Origin: Callorhinchus milii
Lineage: Eukaryota
Length of the DNA stretch: 64,000 bases
Assembly: GCF_018977255.1 (NCBI RefSeq)
Contig: NW_024704742.1
Location: forward strand, 115,756,001-115,820,000
Reading direction: 5' to 3'
Part shown: positions 37,546 through 50,825 of the stretch, one piece after another
Layout of the letters: the number at the start of each line of letters is the position of its first letter
Position numbering within the stretch: position 1 is the stretch's first letter
The notes under the pieces: model-generated
Database searches by the model: none
Seen by the model: the letters and a program-made list of their open reading frames with translations, nothing else
Told to the model about the DNA's origin: nothing
Made by a program: the position numbers and the translations under genes

Positions 37546-40160
37546 ACAGTTGTGAGTTGTAAAGAAAGTTTTAAGCCTGACCCATTTTGTGGGATCACAT
37601 TTGTGGTCTAGATAAAGTATACTTTACTGAGAGATGATTTATTGAAAAGTAAATCTCAAAGTAATGCCTGGCTACATAATATTAATAATAATCCTTGCAT
37701 TTCATATAGCACATTATCACGTCTTCAAGGTGACTCAAAGCGCTTCACAGAATATAATCAATATCAAGCATGTATAATCAATATCCAGCATGAAGGCAAC
37801 ACTTGTATATTTGGTATACAGCCTGTCGAGCTTGGCATATTGTAAAGGAAGATCTAGGAATATTTTTTGGTGAAAGCTCCCACAGCTATATAAAAAAAAG
37901 TATAGTCCTTACTATTGTTGCAGCATTGAATCTTTGCATTTAACTTGCCATCTTTAGCTTCCCTAGCTTCTCTCTTGCTCGGCACCCAAACCTGCCACTG
38001 TGCAGCACTATCCTGCGAGAATGGCACAGTATAATTGAAAGTTGTTGTATTGTATATTAAAGGAAGAAGCTGTAAACTTCTCTTTTTACTTCAGTTGGAG
38101 ACAGGCCATTTGAACTAATATGGTGAGCAATTAGAATTATCAAATTTTGGGGAAAATAGTACTAGCTGAATATTGCTGCAGAATCACCAGTACAATGGTG
38201 ACTTTGCTTTCCTGGATTCAAGCTATTTTGGATCGAGTCCCATACCTGTTGTGAACATGTTTGCTTCCACTGAAGTGGTGGCGCAAATCCCAGGAAGCAT
38301 GTTGTTCCTCCCTATAATGGAGTGACCAAGCAGCTAAAGAAGCAATTCCCATGGTAGTGGTTGATAGCTCAGTGATAGATAATTATCATATGCGAATTTA
38401 TCTTCTCTGAGTAAGGTCTAGTTTAATGATTTTATTTCTCTTCTGTAACTCTGGATTAATGATTGATTCTCATCAACTCTAACTGGGCAGATTGATTGAT
38501 TCTCTTGTACGGTTAGTACTTTGAACAAATAGCATTTCCTTTGAAATATTTTCTAATCTGTTACTTGAATATTTGACAGTTTTAGGAAGCTATGCAAAAT
38601 TCTTTATTGATCTGCATTTATCCAAACAAAGAACAATAATTTAATTATGTAGTGACATTTTCTGCTGCCTTCGATCCACTTGCCCTTGTGTTCTTCATTC
38701 CCCCTTTCCCTGCTTGCTCCATTTATGATTCTTTTTTAAAAAAAGACAGGTTCCACATTTTGAAACAGCTGAATTTTCAATCCTTGTCCACACTTAGTGA
38801 ACCATTAAATAGTGCTGAAAGTACACTTGTTAAATTAGGCTTAACATTTGCAAAAAGGAATTGTAACCCATATATAAATTGTGATCCAGTATCTCTTCAA
38901 ATTGTTATTGGCCTTTACATATTTATTCAGAAATGCAATGTACTCTCCTTTCTGAAATGTTGAATATTAAGTATATGGGAATCACTAATGTTTTTATGAA
39001 CAAGTTAGATGCGCAATTAATTAACTCTTATTCTTGTCATATTCACCTTCCCCTCTCCCAAACAAATTGATGCAAGCAGAAGGGAAAGCTGGAGGAAAAA
39101 GTAGTTATTGGGGAAATCGCCACATTTGAACAATTACCCGTGCACGCATAAGCAGCTTTTTACCAGACATTTTGTTTGACCAACCTCTTCACCTCTATTC
39201 AACACATAGAGACCCTGACAAAATCCAGATCCCGAACAACCTTTTCTTGGAACTTTGGTGGTCTTTATTGAAAAATTAGTTGACCTGAACCAGAAATCCT
39301 TTATGTAATTGAAGGAAATGTTATCATGTGTGGTTTAGCTGAACCTGGATGATGCCAATTCTCTGGCAGTTAGCAATGTAATATTTTCCTTTTATCGTTA
39401 AACATATACTTAGTATACCCAAGGGAGAATCTGATGAGTGACTTTTATTTAAAAATAATGCTGCTTTGTGGCAATTTTAGTTTAATTTGACCATAAAGCA
39501 TGTTTTAAAGATTACTGGAATGGTATGTTTGGCAATTAAGGATATATGACTCTCAACTGTGATTATTGTCCCTAGTGACCTGACCACATAGCCAGTGGTA
39601 AAGTTGTGGTTTGATTCCGAAAAGGTTGTAAAAGTATGCAAATCAGATAAATACATTTGATCTGCATATCGAATGTTATAGACACAGTTTTTTCTAAACC
39701 ATTGATTGCATGGAGTTGCAAATCTAAGAATTAAATTTTAATGTTTTTGCCAAATGTGGCTTGGAGACAGCATGACTTTAGAAACTTAATCACTTCTGTG
39801 TAGGTTGTTGGTTAAATGTTTATTTTGTTCAGTGAATGATGCAAAGATATGCAAAATCGGGTTGGATGAGTATAAGTGTGCAATGTAATAGCAGGGCCTC
39901 TGTAATGCTTTTGAGGAAGTGTGCACAACGACCACCGAGGGTTCTCCCCAGTCACAGTGCTCCCTGGTGGCCCGGGAGGACATATGCCAAACTCACTACC
40001 CCAGATAACTCGTTGCTGAGCTCTTTTCTATTAGAGTAAGTAGTTATCCGGAGTTTACTGTAACAATAATCCCAGAATTTGGCATAGTGCTTTCACTTCA
40101 GGAGGATATCCCAAAGTGCTTCCGTTGTAAAGTGTGTGTTCTTTTTATAATATAAAAAAG

Positions 40161-40515
40161 TAAATAATCCTTGCATTTGATTTAGCGCCTTATCATGTCA
40201 TTGAGACGTCTCAAAGCGCTTTCACTTACTGTAAAGTGAATTGACTGTGTATATATTTTGTTTCAGCCAATTATGCACAGCAATGTCCCATAAACAGTCG
40301 TGGATTGAGTGACAAATTTATAATTTTTTTTAAAAGGAATTATTACCCCGGAAAAATGATCTGCCAATTGACTAACAACCGGGTTCCTACTTACTGCTAG
40401 GTATACAGAGGCATGTGGAGTAAGGAAGTTTGCCCATATTTTGCCTTGCCTAGAAATCAAACCCAGGTTCTCTCACTTGCGAGGCGAGTGCTCGAACCAC
40501 TGAGCTGCAGGACTC
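40161..40515 (-). mobile_element. tRNA-derived SINE, long variant
   Basis: Head, extra internal segment (cctacttactgctagg) and tail. Confidence 0.85.
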
Positions 40516-40818
40516 GGTGGGGAAACGTGGCACCCAATTTGCCCACAGCGTCCCACAAACAACATGGAATGAATGACCAGTTTTTTATTTGGGAGATTGT
40601 TTGCCAGGACACCGGGAGAAACTCACTTCTCTTTTCAAATAGTGCCATGGGATCTATAATATCCACCTGAACAGGTATACAAGCCCTTTTTAACTATTCA
40701 CTGTGCTGTGGTTAACCGTCGAATTGTGTAAGTTGGTGCCTGCCCATGTAGAATGGCTCAGTAAGTGAATTTCATGGTTTTCAAAAAAAAAAAGATAATA
40801 CCTCTCTAAAACCTAAAG

Positions 40819-41273
40819 CAGGGTGGTCAAACTAGTAGCCCATGGACAGCAGCTGGCCCGGGGAATTTCAGGCTTGGTGTGACCCGACGGAAAAAGCAAC
40901 AGAGAGAGGCCCCCATTAGCAAACACTTTCAAACCAGTAACGAGAAAGAGGAAAATACAGAGACACAAACAGAAAGAGAGTCCGATACAGAGACACAGAC
41001 AGGGAGAGAGTCAGATACAGAGACACATGCAGACAGAGAAACGTGTACAGATATACACATAGATAAAAAGAGAGACACAGACAAATAGATACCTTGTTGC
41101 TGGCTGTATTATTGTTTTAAAATTTGTATAAATTTTTACATTGCCTATTTAAAGGTTGCAGTTACACAAATTAAAACGTAATTCTTATAGTTATGTTTCT
41201 GGAAGGGAAACACAAAAAACATTTCTCAAATCCAGCATCCAGCCCTTAGCAGCCAAAAGGTTGGTCCACTCTG
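40819..41273. mobile_element. hAT (Charlie-like) non-autonomous DNA transposon
   Basis: Imperfect TIRs CAGGGTGGTCAAACT / AGGTTGGTCCACTCTG; 8-bp TSD ACCTAAAG / ACCTAAAC; internal AG/AC-rich repeat. Confidence 0.75.
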
Positions 41274-41744
41274 ACCTAAACTCACAAGTAAAGAAATTGT
41301 TTAAAACTGATTTTATTGAGGGGCTAATGCTACTTTTGTACAACTGGTGTTTGCACCAACTCTCTTGATGTGTTGGCACAAACAAATAATGCTGAGGGCT
41401 GCTATTATCACAAGCAGGATTATCTCGGACCTTTTTTTTCTGTTTCAATGCAATGGTTCAAAATACTTTAGCAGATAGCAGGGCTGCCTGCAAGCAGTTT
41501 TTTAGCTTGTGTCCTGCCTGCTCATTGTAGGAAATCTGAGTCAGAGGTGAAGAGGTGAAAGTCGCATTCATTCCATGCATGATTTTGAGAACACATGACC
41601 AGAGCTGCATTTCATTCATTCCACAATGCCACTGCACAAATATTATTAGTTCGGTAGCAGGGTGGCACTATAAATACAGCCTTGGGGAGTTTTTTTTTGT
41701 GTAATAAACAAAAAGCATCGTGGGGTTAAAAAAAAGATTTTTTA

Positions 41745-42110
41745 AAAATTATACAGCACAGAAGGAGGCCCCTCAGCCCATCGTGTCGGTGCCAGCGTTT
41801 TTAAAAGAGCTATCCAAATCAATCCCACTCCCCCGCTCTCTGCCAATAGCCCTACAAGCTTGTCCTTCCCAAATAATTATCTACTTCTCTCTTAAAAGTT
41901 ATTATTGAATCAGCTTCCACCACCCTTTCAGGCAATACATTCCAGATCTGAACAACTCGCTGTGTGAAAATTTTTTTTTAACCTCCCTTCTGTTTCTTTT
42001 GACAACTATTTTAAATCGGTGTCCTCAGGTTACCGACCCACCCATCAGTGGAAATAGTTACTCCTTGTTCACCTTACCAAACCTCCTGATAATTTTGAAA
42101 ACTTCTAAGT
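41745..42110 (-). mobile_element. CR1 3' end
   Basis: Reverse-strand FFTQRVVQIWN.LP motif and CR1 3' UTR. Confidence 0.8.
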
Positions 42111-42134
42111 TTCCTCAAACCAGTGTTTCATAAA

Positions 42135-45100
42135 GGAGTCCTGTAGCTCAGTGGGTAGAGCACTCGCTTTGCAAGCAAGAGACCCGAGTTCAATTCCAGG
42201 CAGGGCGAAACCTTGGGCAAGTTTCCTTTCTCCACACGCCTAATAATAATCCCTCCAAAACAAAACAATAATAAATTGGTCATTTTCAATCTACGACTGT
42301 TTGTGGGACATTGCTGTGCGCAATTGGCTGCCGCGTTCGCCCACAAATATACAACAACAACAAGATTCCATTTATTGAGCGCCTTTCACGTCGGGAGGAC
42401 ATCCCAAGGCGCTGTACAGTTGGGTCAGGACCCGAGCAGGAGGGAAATGGTCAGGGTGAGGGGAGGGAAGGGAGGGAGCGAGGAGGGGGTAGAGAGTCGA
42501 GAGGGGAGGTGAAGGCACGGTCAAAGAGAAAGGTCTTGAGACTGGCCTTGAAGGAGGAAAGGGAGGAGGCGGCGAAGGCCCTGGGGGATAGAGTTCCAGA
42601 GCCTAGGGGCTGAGAGGCTGAAGGCCCGGCCACCGATGGTAGGGCGGTTGGGGCGGGGGATGTGGAGCAGACCGGAGCCAGAGGAATGGAGGGTACGGGC
42701 AGGTAGGTAGGGGGATAGTAGGTCAGAGAGGTAGGAGGGAGCAAGGCCGTGAATGGCCTTGTAGGTGAGGATGAGGATCTTGAATTCGATCCTCTGGGGG
42801 ATGGGGAGCCAGTGGAGGCGAGCGAGGGTGGGAGTGATGTGGTCGCGAAGCCTGGTGCGGGACAGTACACGAGCTGCAGAGTTCTGAATGACCTGCAGCT
42901 TGTGGAGGGAGGTGCCGGGAAGGCCGGCGAGGAGAGAGTTCCCATAGTCCAGCCTTGAGGTGACAAAGGCGTGGACCAGGGTTTCAGCAGCGTGAGGGGT
43001 GAGGTAGTGCCGTAGTCTGGTGACATTCCGGAGGTGATGGAAGGCGGTGCCAGTTGTGGTGCGGATATGAGGGAGAAAGGACAGCTCAGGGTCGAACAGA
43101 ACCCGAGGTTCCTGACTGGCTTTGAGAGGTGGAGAGTGCAGCCTTGGATGCTGATGCTGTCAGCGCCTGAGGTGCGGAGGCGCTGACGTGAGCCAATCAG
43201 GAGGGCCTCAGTTTTGCGCACGTTGAGCTGAAGAAAGTTATCTCTCGTCCAGGACTCGATGTCGGACAGGCAGCTGTCAGGACATCGGTGGTCGTGGAGT
43301 TGAGGGTAGAGGAGGAAAGGTAGAGTTGGGTGTCATCCGCATACATGTGGAAGTTAACCCCATGTCTGCGGATGATGTCACCAAGGGGGAGCATATAGAG
43401 GGTGAAGAGGAGGGGACCGAGGACAGAGCCTTGAGGGACACCGCACGAGACAGTGCGGGGGCTGGAGGAAAAACCATTTGTGGAGACAAAGTGAAGACGG
43501 TGGGAGAGGTACGACCTAAACCACTCAAGGACAGGGCCTTGAAGGTTGAGGTGGGAGGACAAGCGGTGGAGTAGGATAGCGTGGTCGACCGTATCGAATG
43601 CTGCCGATAGGTCGAGGAGGACGAGGAGGCAGAGGGAGCCCTGGTCACAGATGGTCAGGATATCATTGGTGACCTTGACCAGGGCAGTTTCTGTGCTATG
43701 GGCAGCACGGAAACCCGACTGAAGGGGTTCGAATAGTGAATGGTGGAGAGGAAAGGGCGCAGCTGGGAGGCGACAACTCGTTCCAGGACCTTGGGATAGG
43801 AAGGGGAGGTTGGAGATGGGCCGGTAGCTTGATAGCTGCGACGCATCAAGGGAGGGTTTTTTTAAGGTGGGAGTGATGGTGGCAGTTTTTAAGGGAATGG
43901 GAATAGAGCCAGAGGAGAGGGACAGGTTGACGATGTCTGTGATATGTGGGGCAAGGAGGTGGAGCTGGGAGATAAGGAGTGGAGTGGGGATGGGGTCAAG
44001 GGAGCAGGTGGTGGTTTCAGGGAGAGGATGAGTTTGGTGACAGAGGGTGGGGAAACGGGTACGAAGGTGTGTAGGGGAGGATGGGTAGGAGTCGGAGTGT
44101 GGGAGGGAAGGGGTGGGTGGTGGGTGGATGTTGGAGGGGAAGTGACCGCGGAGCGAATTCCCTTGATCTTGGATTCAAGGAAATCCAGCATCTCCTCGCA
44201 GTGAAGGTTGGAGGAGATGACCTGCGCGGGGTGGCGGGGGGGACGGAGGAGTTGGGATGTGGTAGAGAACAGTAGCCTGGGGTTGTCCTTCGCCTCCAGG
44301 ATTATCCTGGAGTAGAAGGACGATTTGGCCGAGGCTAGAGTGGAGCGGTAGATTTTGAGGAGGTCCAGCCAGATTTGTCGGTGGACCGTTAGGCCAGATT
44401 TGACCCAGGTGCGTTCAGCGGCCCGCACCTGGCTTTCAGTGAGCGGAGGTGGGTGGTGAACCAGGGGGAGGAGCGAGAGTAGGAGACAGTACGGGAGGTG
44501 ATAGGGGCAAGAGTGTCAAGTGTGGAGGAGAGGGTGTTGTGGAGGAGGGTGAGAGCAGAAGAGGGGTCAGTGAGGGTTGAAGGCCAGAGGGAGAGGAGTT
44601 CAGAGGACTCCAAGGCAGCGGTTAGGGATTGAGGGGGTAACTTCTTCCAGGGGCGGTAGAAGATGGTGGTGGGTCTGGTGGAGGTGGGGAGGGGGGTGGA
44701 GGTGGTGAAGGAGATGAAGTGGTGGTCAGAGATGGCCTTATCGGTGATGGTGACATCCGAGACACTGAGGCCCCGGGTGATCACCAAGTCGAGTGGGTGG
44801 CCGTGACTGTGAGTGGGGGAGTTGATGTGGAGGGAGAGGTTGAGCGAGGAGAGCAGGGAAGAGAAATCTGAGGAGATTGAGCAGGAGGGGGTGAAGTGCA
44901 GGTTAAAGTCGCCCAGGATGATGAGGCGATCAGAGCAGAGGCAGAGAGATGTGAGCAGTGTTGAGATATCAGAGATAAAGGTGGGAGAGGTTTTAGGGGG
45001 CCGGTAGAGGAGGAGGATTTTAAGTGAGAGGAAGGAGGGGTGGGAGAGGGTGAGGTGCTCAAAAGAGGGGAAAGAGCCAGAGGAGTAGGGGGATAGGGCA

Positions 45101-45522
45101 AGTGGTGTCCTTGAGATAAGGGCAACACCACCGCCACGGCGGTTGGGGCGAGGGATGTGGTGGGAGGTGTAGCCGGGTGGTGTGGCCTCCGTGAGGGGGA
45201 AGGTGTCGCCTGGGGTAAGCCAGGTTTCCGTTAAGGCCATGATGTCAACACTCTCATCAAGGATAAGATCGTTGATGACCAGGGCCTTGTTACAGAGGGA
45301 GCGGACATTTTGTCGTCCGATGTGGATGGAGCGGTTGACAGAAGGGTGTGTGGGGAGGGAGGGGGGTCCCGGTTGTGAGGCAGGGGTGAGCAAATGGGGA
45401 TAAGGGAGGAGAGGTTACAGTCATATACAGTCAATTCACTTTACAGTGTGTTCTGTGAAGCGCTTTGGGACGTCCTCCCGACGTGAAAAGCGCTATATCA
45501 AATGCAAGGATTATTATTATTA
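42135..45522 (+). mobile_element. Young SINE split by an L2 insertion (42135-42353 and 45423-45522)
   Basis: The SINE body stops at caaatataca and resumes at atatacagtcaattcac. Confidence 0.92.
42354..45420 (-). mobile_element. L2 LINE with near-complete ORF2 (APE endonuclease + RT), frameshifted and 5'-truncated
   Basis: QNVRSLCNK...ALTETWL...GGGVA...LYRPP...GDFN...SDH (APE); [13 protein letters not shown]...YADDTQLY (RT); (TTG)n tail. Confidence 0.96.
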
Positions 45523-46229
45523 TCATAATTTTCTGACTCTTGTATTCTATTTCTTGAAACTGGCAGCGTAAATTAAGCCTCACACCACTTCTGTACATCT
45601 GTAGGGAATGATGTACATCAAATAGGGAACTCCATTTATGTCATGCTGGCTTGTGAGAACTTCCAAGATTATGTTCGAACCTTCAGTTCTCATAAGTAGG
45701 TGTGACATTCATGTATTTCTCTATAGGAAACAATCTATACATCCTAAAGCCTCCTTTCAAGTGTGAGTTGCCATTGTTGCAATTGTTTTCTGAGTACAAT
45801 AAATTCCTGACAATAAAACGGCTTCTATCATCAGCTTTTATCACCATGCTGTCAATATACCTGCTGCTTCCCATGCAAAATGTGAATATGGGACTCCCCT
45901 TTATTCATCACTCTGATTATAATGTAAAATGTTGCATTCTAGACATTCCCAAACTTAAAACATCAGATATATTGCCAAAGTGAACTTACCTGTACCACAG
46001 GAAAATGTCATCAAACTCTCAGGCAGCCTCACCAGGACCAAAGTGAATTCTTGATGAGTTGTCCTGTGAATGTGTAGAGACACTGAAGAACACTGGGAAT
46101 TGCTGTTCACCCATTTTCTTCTCACCGGAACAGACCTGGATCTGCAGGCTATAGACTATACATCCCAGCATACCTCGCCACTGGAGCTAACTACTCTAAT
46201 CCCAATTCCCTGCTCTTTCCCATTATCCA

Positions 46230-47445
46230 TTGATAGACTGTTACTTTTCTAAAATCGAGGGGATACGTTCAGCCACCTCAGCCCCGTCCACAGCCACCCC
46301 CACATCACCTCTCCCTCATGACCCAACCCCCACCCATTCCCCCCCTATACTCCTTCACCCTATCTCTCCCTCCTCCCTCACCACGACTGTCCGCAAACTC
46401 AAACCCACCACTTACTCCCTCGATCCCATCCCCAACTCTCTCCTTGTCTCCCAGCTGAACCTTCTGGCCCCCCCTCCTGTCCGATGTCATCAACCTCTCC
46501 CTGTCCACCGATTCAGTTCCCACCCCCCTAAAAACAGCCGTCATCACCCCCATCCTGAAAAAAATCTTCCTTGGATCCATCCCTCTACAGCTACTGCCCC
46601 ATCTCTAACCTCCCATTCCTCTCCAAGGTCCTGGAACGAGTCGTCGCGTCCCAGCTCTGCTCCTTTCTCTCTCGCCATTCCCTCTTTGAACCCCTCCAAT
46701 CTGGCTTCCGCGCTGCCCACAGCACCAAAACAGCCCTGGTCAAAGTCACTAATGACATTCTGAACACCTGTGATCAGGGCTCCCTCTGCCTCCTTGTCCT
46801 CCTCGACCTCTCTGCCGCCTTCGACACTATTGACACCACTCCATCCTCATGCAACGCCTCTCCACTTTACTCAATCTTCACAGATGTGCCCTTGCCTTGT
46901 TCGATTCCTATCTCTCTCACTGTCTCCACTTTGTTGCCTCTAATGGTTTCTCCTCCAGCTCCTGCACGGTCACGTCTGGTGTCCCCCAGGGCTCTGTCCT
47001 TGGCCCTCTCCTCTGTAATATCTACATGCTCCCCCTTGGTGACATCATCCGCAGACATGGGGTCAACTTCCACATGTATATGGATAACACCAAACTCTTA
47101 TTTTGCTGCCTGAACCCTCAACTCCAGGACCACTGCTGTCCTGACAGACTGCCTGTCGGACACCAAGTCCTGGATGAGGACAAATTTCCTACAGTTGAAT
47201 GTGAACAAGACTGAGGCCCTCCTGATTGGCTCGCGCCAGCGTCTCTGCACCTCAGGCTCTGTTAGCATCAACCTCCATGGTTGCACACTACAACTCACAA
47301 AGCCAGTCAGGAACCTAGGTGTCTTGTTCGACCCTCAACTGTCTTTTCTCCCCCACATTCAAGCCATGACCCGCTCTGCCTTCCCTCACCCTCCTTAGCC
47401 TCCTTCAAGTCCGGCCTCAAGATCCTCCTCTTCGACCATGTCATC
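46230..47445 (+). mobile_element. L2 RT fragment
   Basis: [16 protein letters not shown]...QSGFR..HST.TAL...[20 protein letters not shown]. Confidence 0.93.
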
Positions 47446-48299
47446 GGCCATGTACTCATACGTCATATTGAAAATGATTAAGAATATTGTATATAGTTAT
47501 ATGCAAATTGTTTATTATGTAAAGATGTTTGGTGTTCACGTAACATGGAAGCACAGTATCATTGTTCTTTAATATACTACAGTACATCTCCCGAGAAGTG
47601 CACAGTTTCCAATACAGTAAACAGAAATAAGCGATAGGAAACAGAAACTAAGCACATTTATAGACACATATGCGTATGCGTAAACATATACTTATATTGT
47701 ACTTAATCAAGTTTTCACCAATAAATTGACAATCGTGGGGTCTGGGGCCGCTCTGTCACAGTGACAGTTGCTTACTCTGCACAGGTATGTGCTGGTGTAG
47801 GCCCTCCTGGCCACAGTGCCTCACAGTGAGCCCAGAGGACTCGTGCCTATAAAAGTCATGAGCTCTTTTCTTTTGGAATGACGATATGTCAGGAGTTTAT
47901 TTTTAAAATGTCTACATTAGAGTAAATGCTTCAAATGCCCTTACTGTATCACTTAACTTCTCTTCCCTCCCCTCTTTGTGTGTTTGCAGCATCTGAAGCT
48001 GCCTTTAATAAAATAGAGCAACATAAGAACTGCAGAAGATTTTAAATACAAGTCTCAACAAAAACTTTTACCAAGACTGCCAGCCTCAATGTCAGAATTA
48101 CATTCGTGGAATCTATACCCCAAACAGGCCATTCGGCCCAAATAGTCCAAGCCAGTGTTTATGCTCCACTCTACATGAGCTTCCACCCTTTTTGATTACC
48201 CCCCACCCTTCCCTCATCCCCTTCTATTCCATTACTTTTCATATATGCTTCTCTTCTCTATTCATGTACGCAGATTATTATTTAAAGGTTAAGATGTTA

Positions 48300-48715
48300 G
48301 AAATTCTTGCATTTGATTTAGTTCCTTTCATGTCGAGAGGACGTCTCAAAGTGCTTCATAGGATTTACTGCAAAATGTAGTGACTCTATTTTGTAGGCGA
48401 ACATGAAAGCCAATTTGCACACAGCAAAGTCCCACAAACCGCCATGATTTGAGTGATCAATTTTGTTTGGGGATTGTTGGCCAGAACACTGAGAAAAACT
48501 TCCTTCTCTTTATGAATAATGCCATGGGATCATTAACATCCACCCGAACAAGCACATGGGATCTCATTTTAATGTCTCATCTGACAGAAGGCACCTCTGG
48601 CAATGCAGTATACTCCCAGCACTGCACTGGAATTTCAACCTAGATGATGTGAATTCATAGTTCCAATGTTGAACCAACAACCACCTGACTCCGAGTGCTA
48701 CCAGCTAACCCAGGC
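48300..48715 (-). mobile_element. Older Deu-domain SINE
   Basis: Contains gccatgggatc...catccacccgaac...tttaatgtctcatctgacag...cagcactgcactgg, the Deu-core-like sequence. Confidence 0.65.
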
Positions 48716-48796
48716 TTTTACAGGAATTCTTTGTTTAAAAGAAACACAAATTGTTGAAATGATACGTGAATAACTGTTCTTTTTTTTTCTCAACAG

Positions 48797-48871
48797 TGTA
48801 ACGATAGAAGATACCTATTCAAGGTCTATGACCAAATTAGCCAAAACATCAAGTAATTACAGTCAGTTGGG
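48797..48871 (+). CDS. FCHO2: FCHO exon 3
   Basis: 75 nt, VTIEDTYSRSMTKLAKTSSNYSQL(G). Confidence 0.93.
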
Positions 48872-48991
48872 GTAAGTGTCGGTCAGATTTTTATTCTAAT
48901 TGTAAGATCTAAAAATGTCATTACCTGACACCCTTCTCTTATTGTTACCCATGTTATTTGTTTATCTCTGCAAATACTTTTATTCTTTCAG

Positions 48992-49133
48992 GACCTTTGC
49001 ACCACTCTGGGATGTTTTAAAATCTTCAACTGAAAAGTTAGCCAGTAGTCATTTAGATCTTGTACGAAAACTACAAGAATTAATAAAAGAAGTACAGAAA
49101 TATGGAGACGAGCAAACAAAAGCACATAAAAAG
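48992..49133 (+). CDS. FCHO2: FCHO exon 4
   Basis: 142 nt, [47 protein letters not shown]. Confidence 0.95.
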
Positions 49134-50539
49134 GTAAATAAATGTGTATGCTTGACAACTTTTGGAAACTGAACTTTCATCAATTATTGTTAAGGAACTG
49201 TAAAGGGTTCTAGTAGGAAATCTGAAAATGAAAACATTAGTTATTCGCTAATGAGGTAGATGTATTGAAGGAATCTTATGCAAAATTGGATGGGTAAGGT
49301 AGATTCACTAATGCTCTACTGCCTGGTACTATACAGTAAAACTTAATAATAATTTGGTCATTTAAATCCATGACTGTTTATGGCTGCTGCATTTTGCCCA
49401 CAAAATATACAGTCAATTCACTTTACAATATATTCTGTGAAACCTTTTGAGACATCTCGAAGATGTGATAAGGGGCTATATCAAATGCAAGGATTATTAT
49501 TGAAACTCGCAAAGTCTTATCTTTATAATTTATATAATCATCTAAGTCCCATTCAGTTTCCTATCAAACGTTTGCACTATTCGTATTATTCACCCCCTAA
49601 CTCATAATGCCACTCCCTTTCATTACTCCTGCATTTGCTGGCTGCTTTGAATGATGGGAAATTATATCCTTACCCGTCGACGCATGCAGACTTAACGGCT
49701 GGCTGCATTGAATCACGGGAAACATAGTCTTTACCCATCGACACTTGCACAGAAGAACTTCCATCTCCCGCGATTCAATACGATTCCAAAGCTTGCGTTA
49801 AGTGCGCACAAGGTGATGGATCAAGGCACATTTAATCATGATAAATGTAGTCTTGACCCGTCCCAGCATGTACATTTCACGGCTGCAGTGCCAACTACCA
49901 TATGCACTTACCGGCTGCATGAAATTATGCATGCATAATGTAGATTATTAATTAAATCGGAATTTATACAACGTACAACTCACCTGCAACTTGCACTCGT
50001 AAAAGTCATATTAAATGTTGTGGTCCAACTTATATGATTTATGTGAGTTTTACTGTAGTTGTCCATTCCATTGAACTGACTTTATTCTGGGATAACTATG
50101 GAAGAATTTTGGTCAACAAATGACTTAACCTTTTGTATTAAACCAATATCAGATAATAATGTACTACCCATCTCCAGATGATAGAAATAGCATTGTTTAT
50201 TTTTTTTTTAGCTTTTAGGGCACTTTAGATAGACGATGACCTTCCTGGCCTCTTTAAAAACTTTAGTTTTTGTGCTTTTAACAGTGGGTAAACAGTGTAG
50301 TTTTTTTTTCCATTGTAAATTACTACACTACAGGATAAAAGGGGATAAATTCATTCCCTGCTAACCTTACCTTCACAACTGAATGATGTTATGAATGTAT
50401 TTTGTTTGTAAAACTTTCAACAACACCTTATTATTGATACCAGGGATTGTAATAAATAGATGCTGGAGGTATAACCTTTACCATATGTAGCTAATAATTT
50501 AGAAGCATCTCATTTTCAATTATCTCTTTTGTATGATAG

Positions 50540-50692
50540 ACTAAAGAAGAAGTGGCGGGAACCTTGGAAGCTGTACAGAACATTCAGAGCATTACTCAAA
50601 CACTGCAGAAATCCAAGGAAAACTACAATACCAAATGTTTAGAATATGAGAGATTAAAAAAAGAAGGGGCAACACAGAAAGAAGTTGAAAAG
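50540..50692 (+). CDS. FCHO2: FCHO exon 5
   Basis: 153 nt, [51 protein letters not shown]. Confidence 0.95.
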
Positions 50693-50825
50693 GTAAGCTT
50701 TTGAACCTCTTTGATCAGCTTTTAGATTGGAATATTAGCCCTGAGAGTCAGGTCTTTTTATTCTGTTATGTTTTATTCCATTTGTGGAGTCCTGTAGCTC
50801 AGTGGTTAAATAATATTTTTTTTAA

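Noticed and set aside
20998..45522. Recurrent near-identical ~320-bp units as a CRISPR-like or viral array
   Set aside because: Dispersed SINE copies in a eukaryotic genome, with no repeat-spacer periodicity
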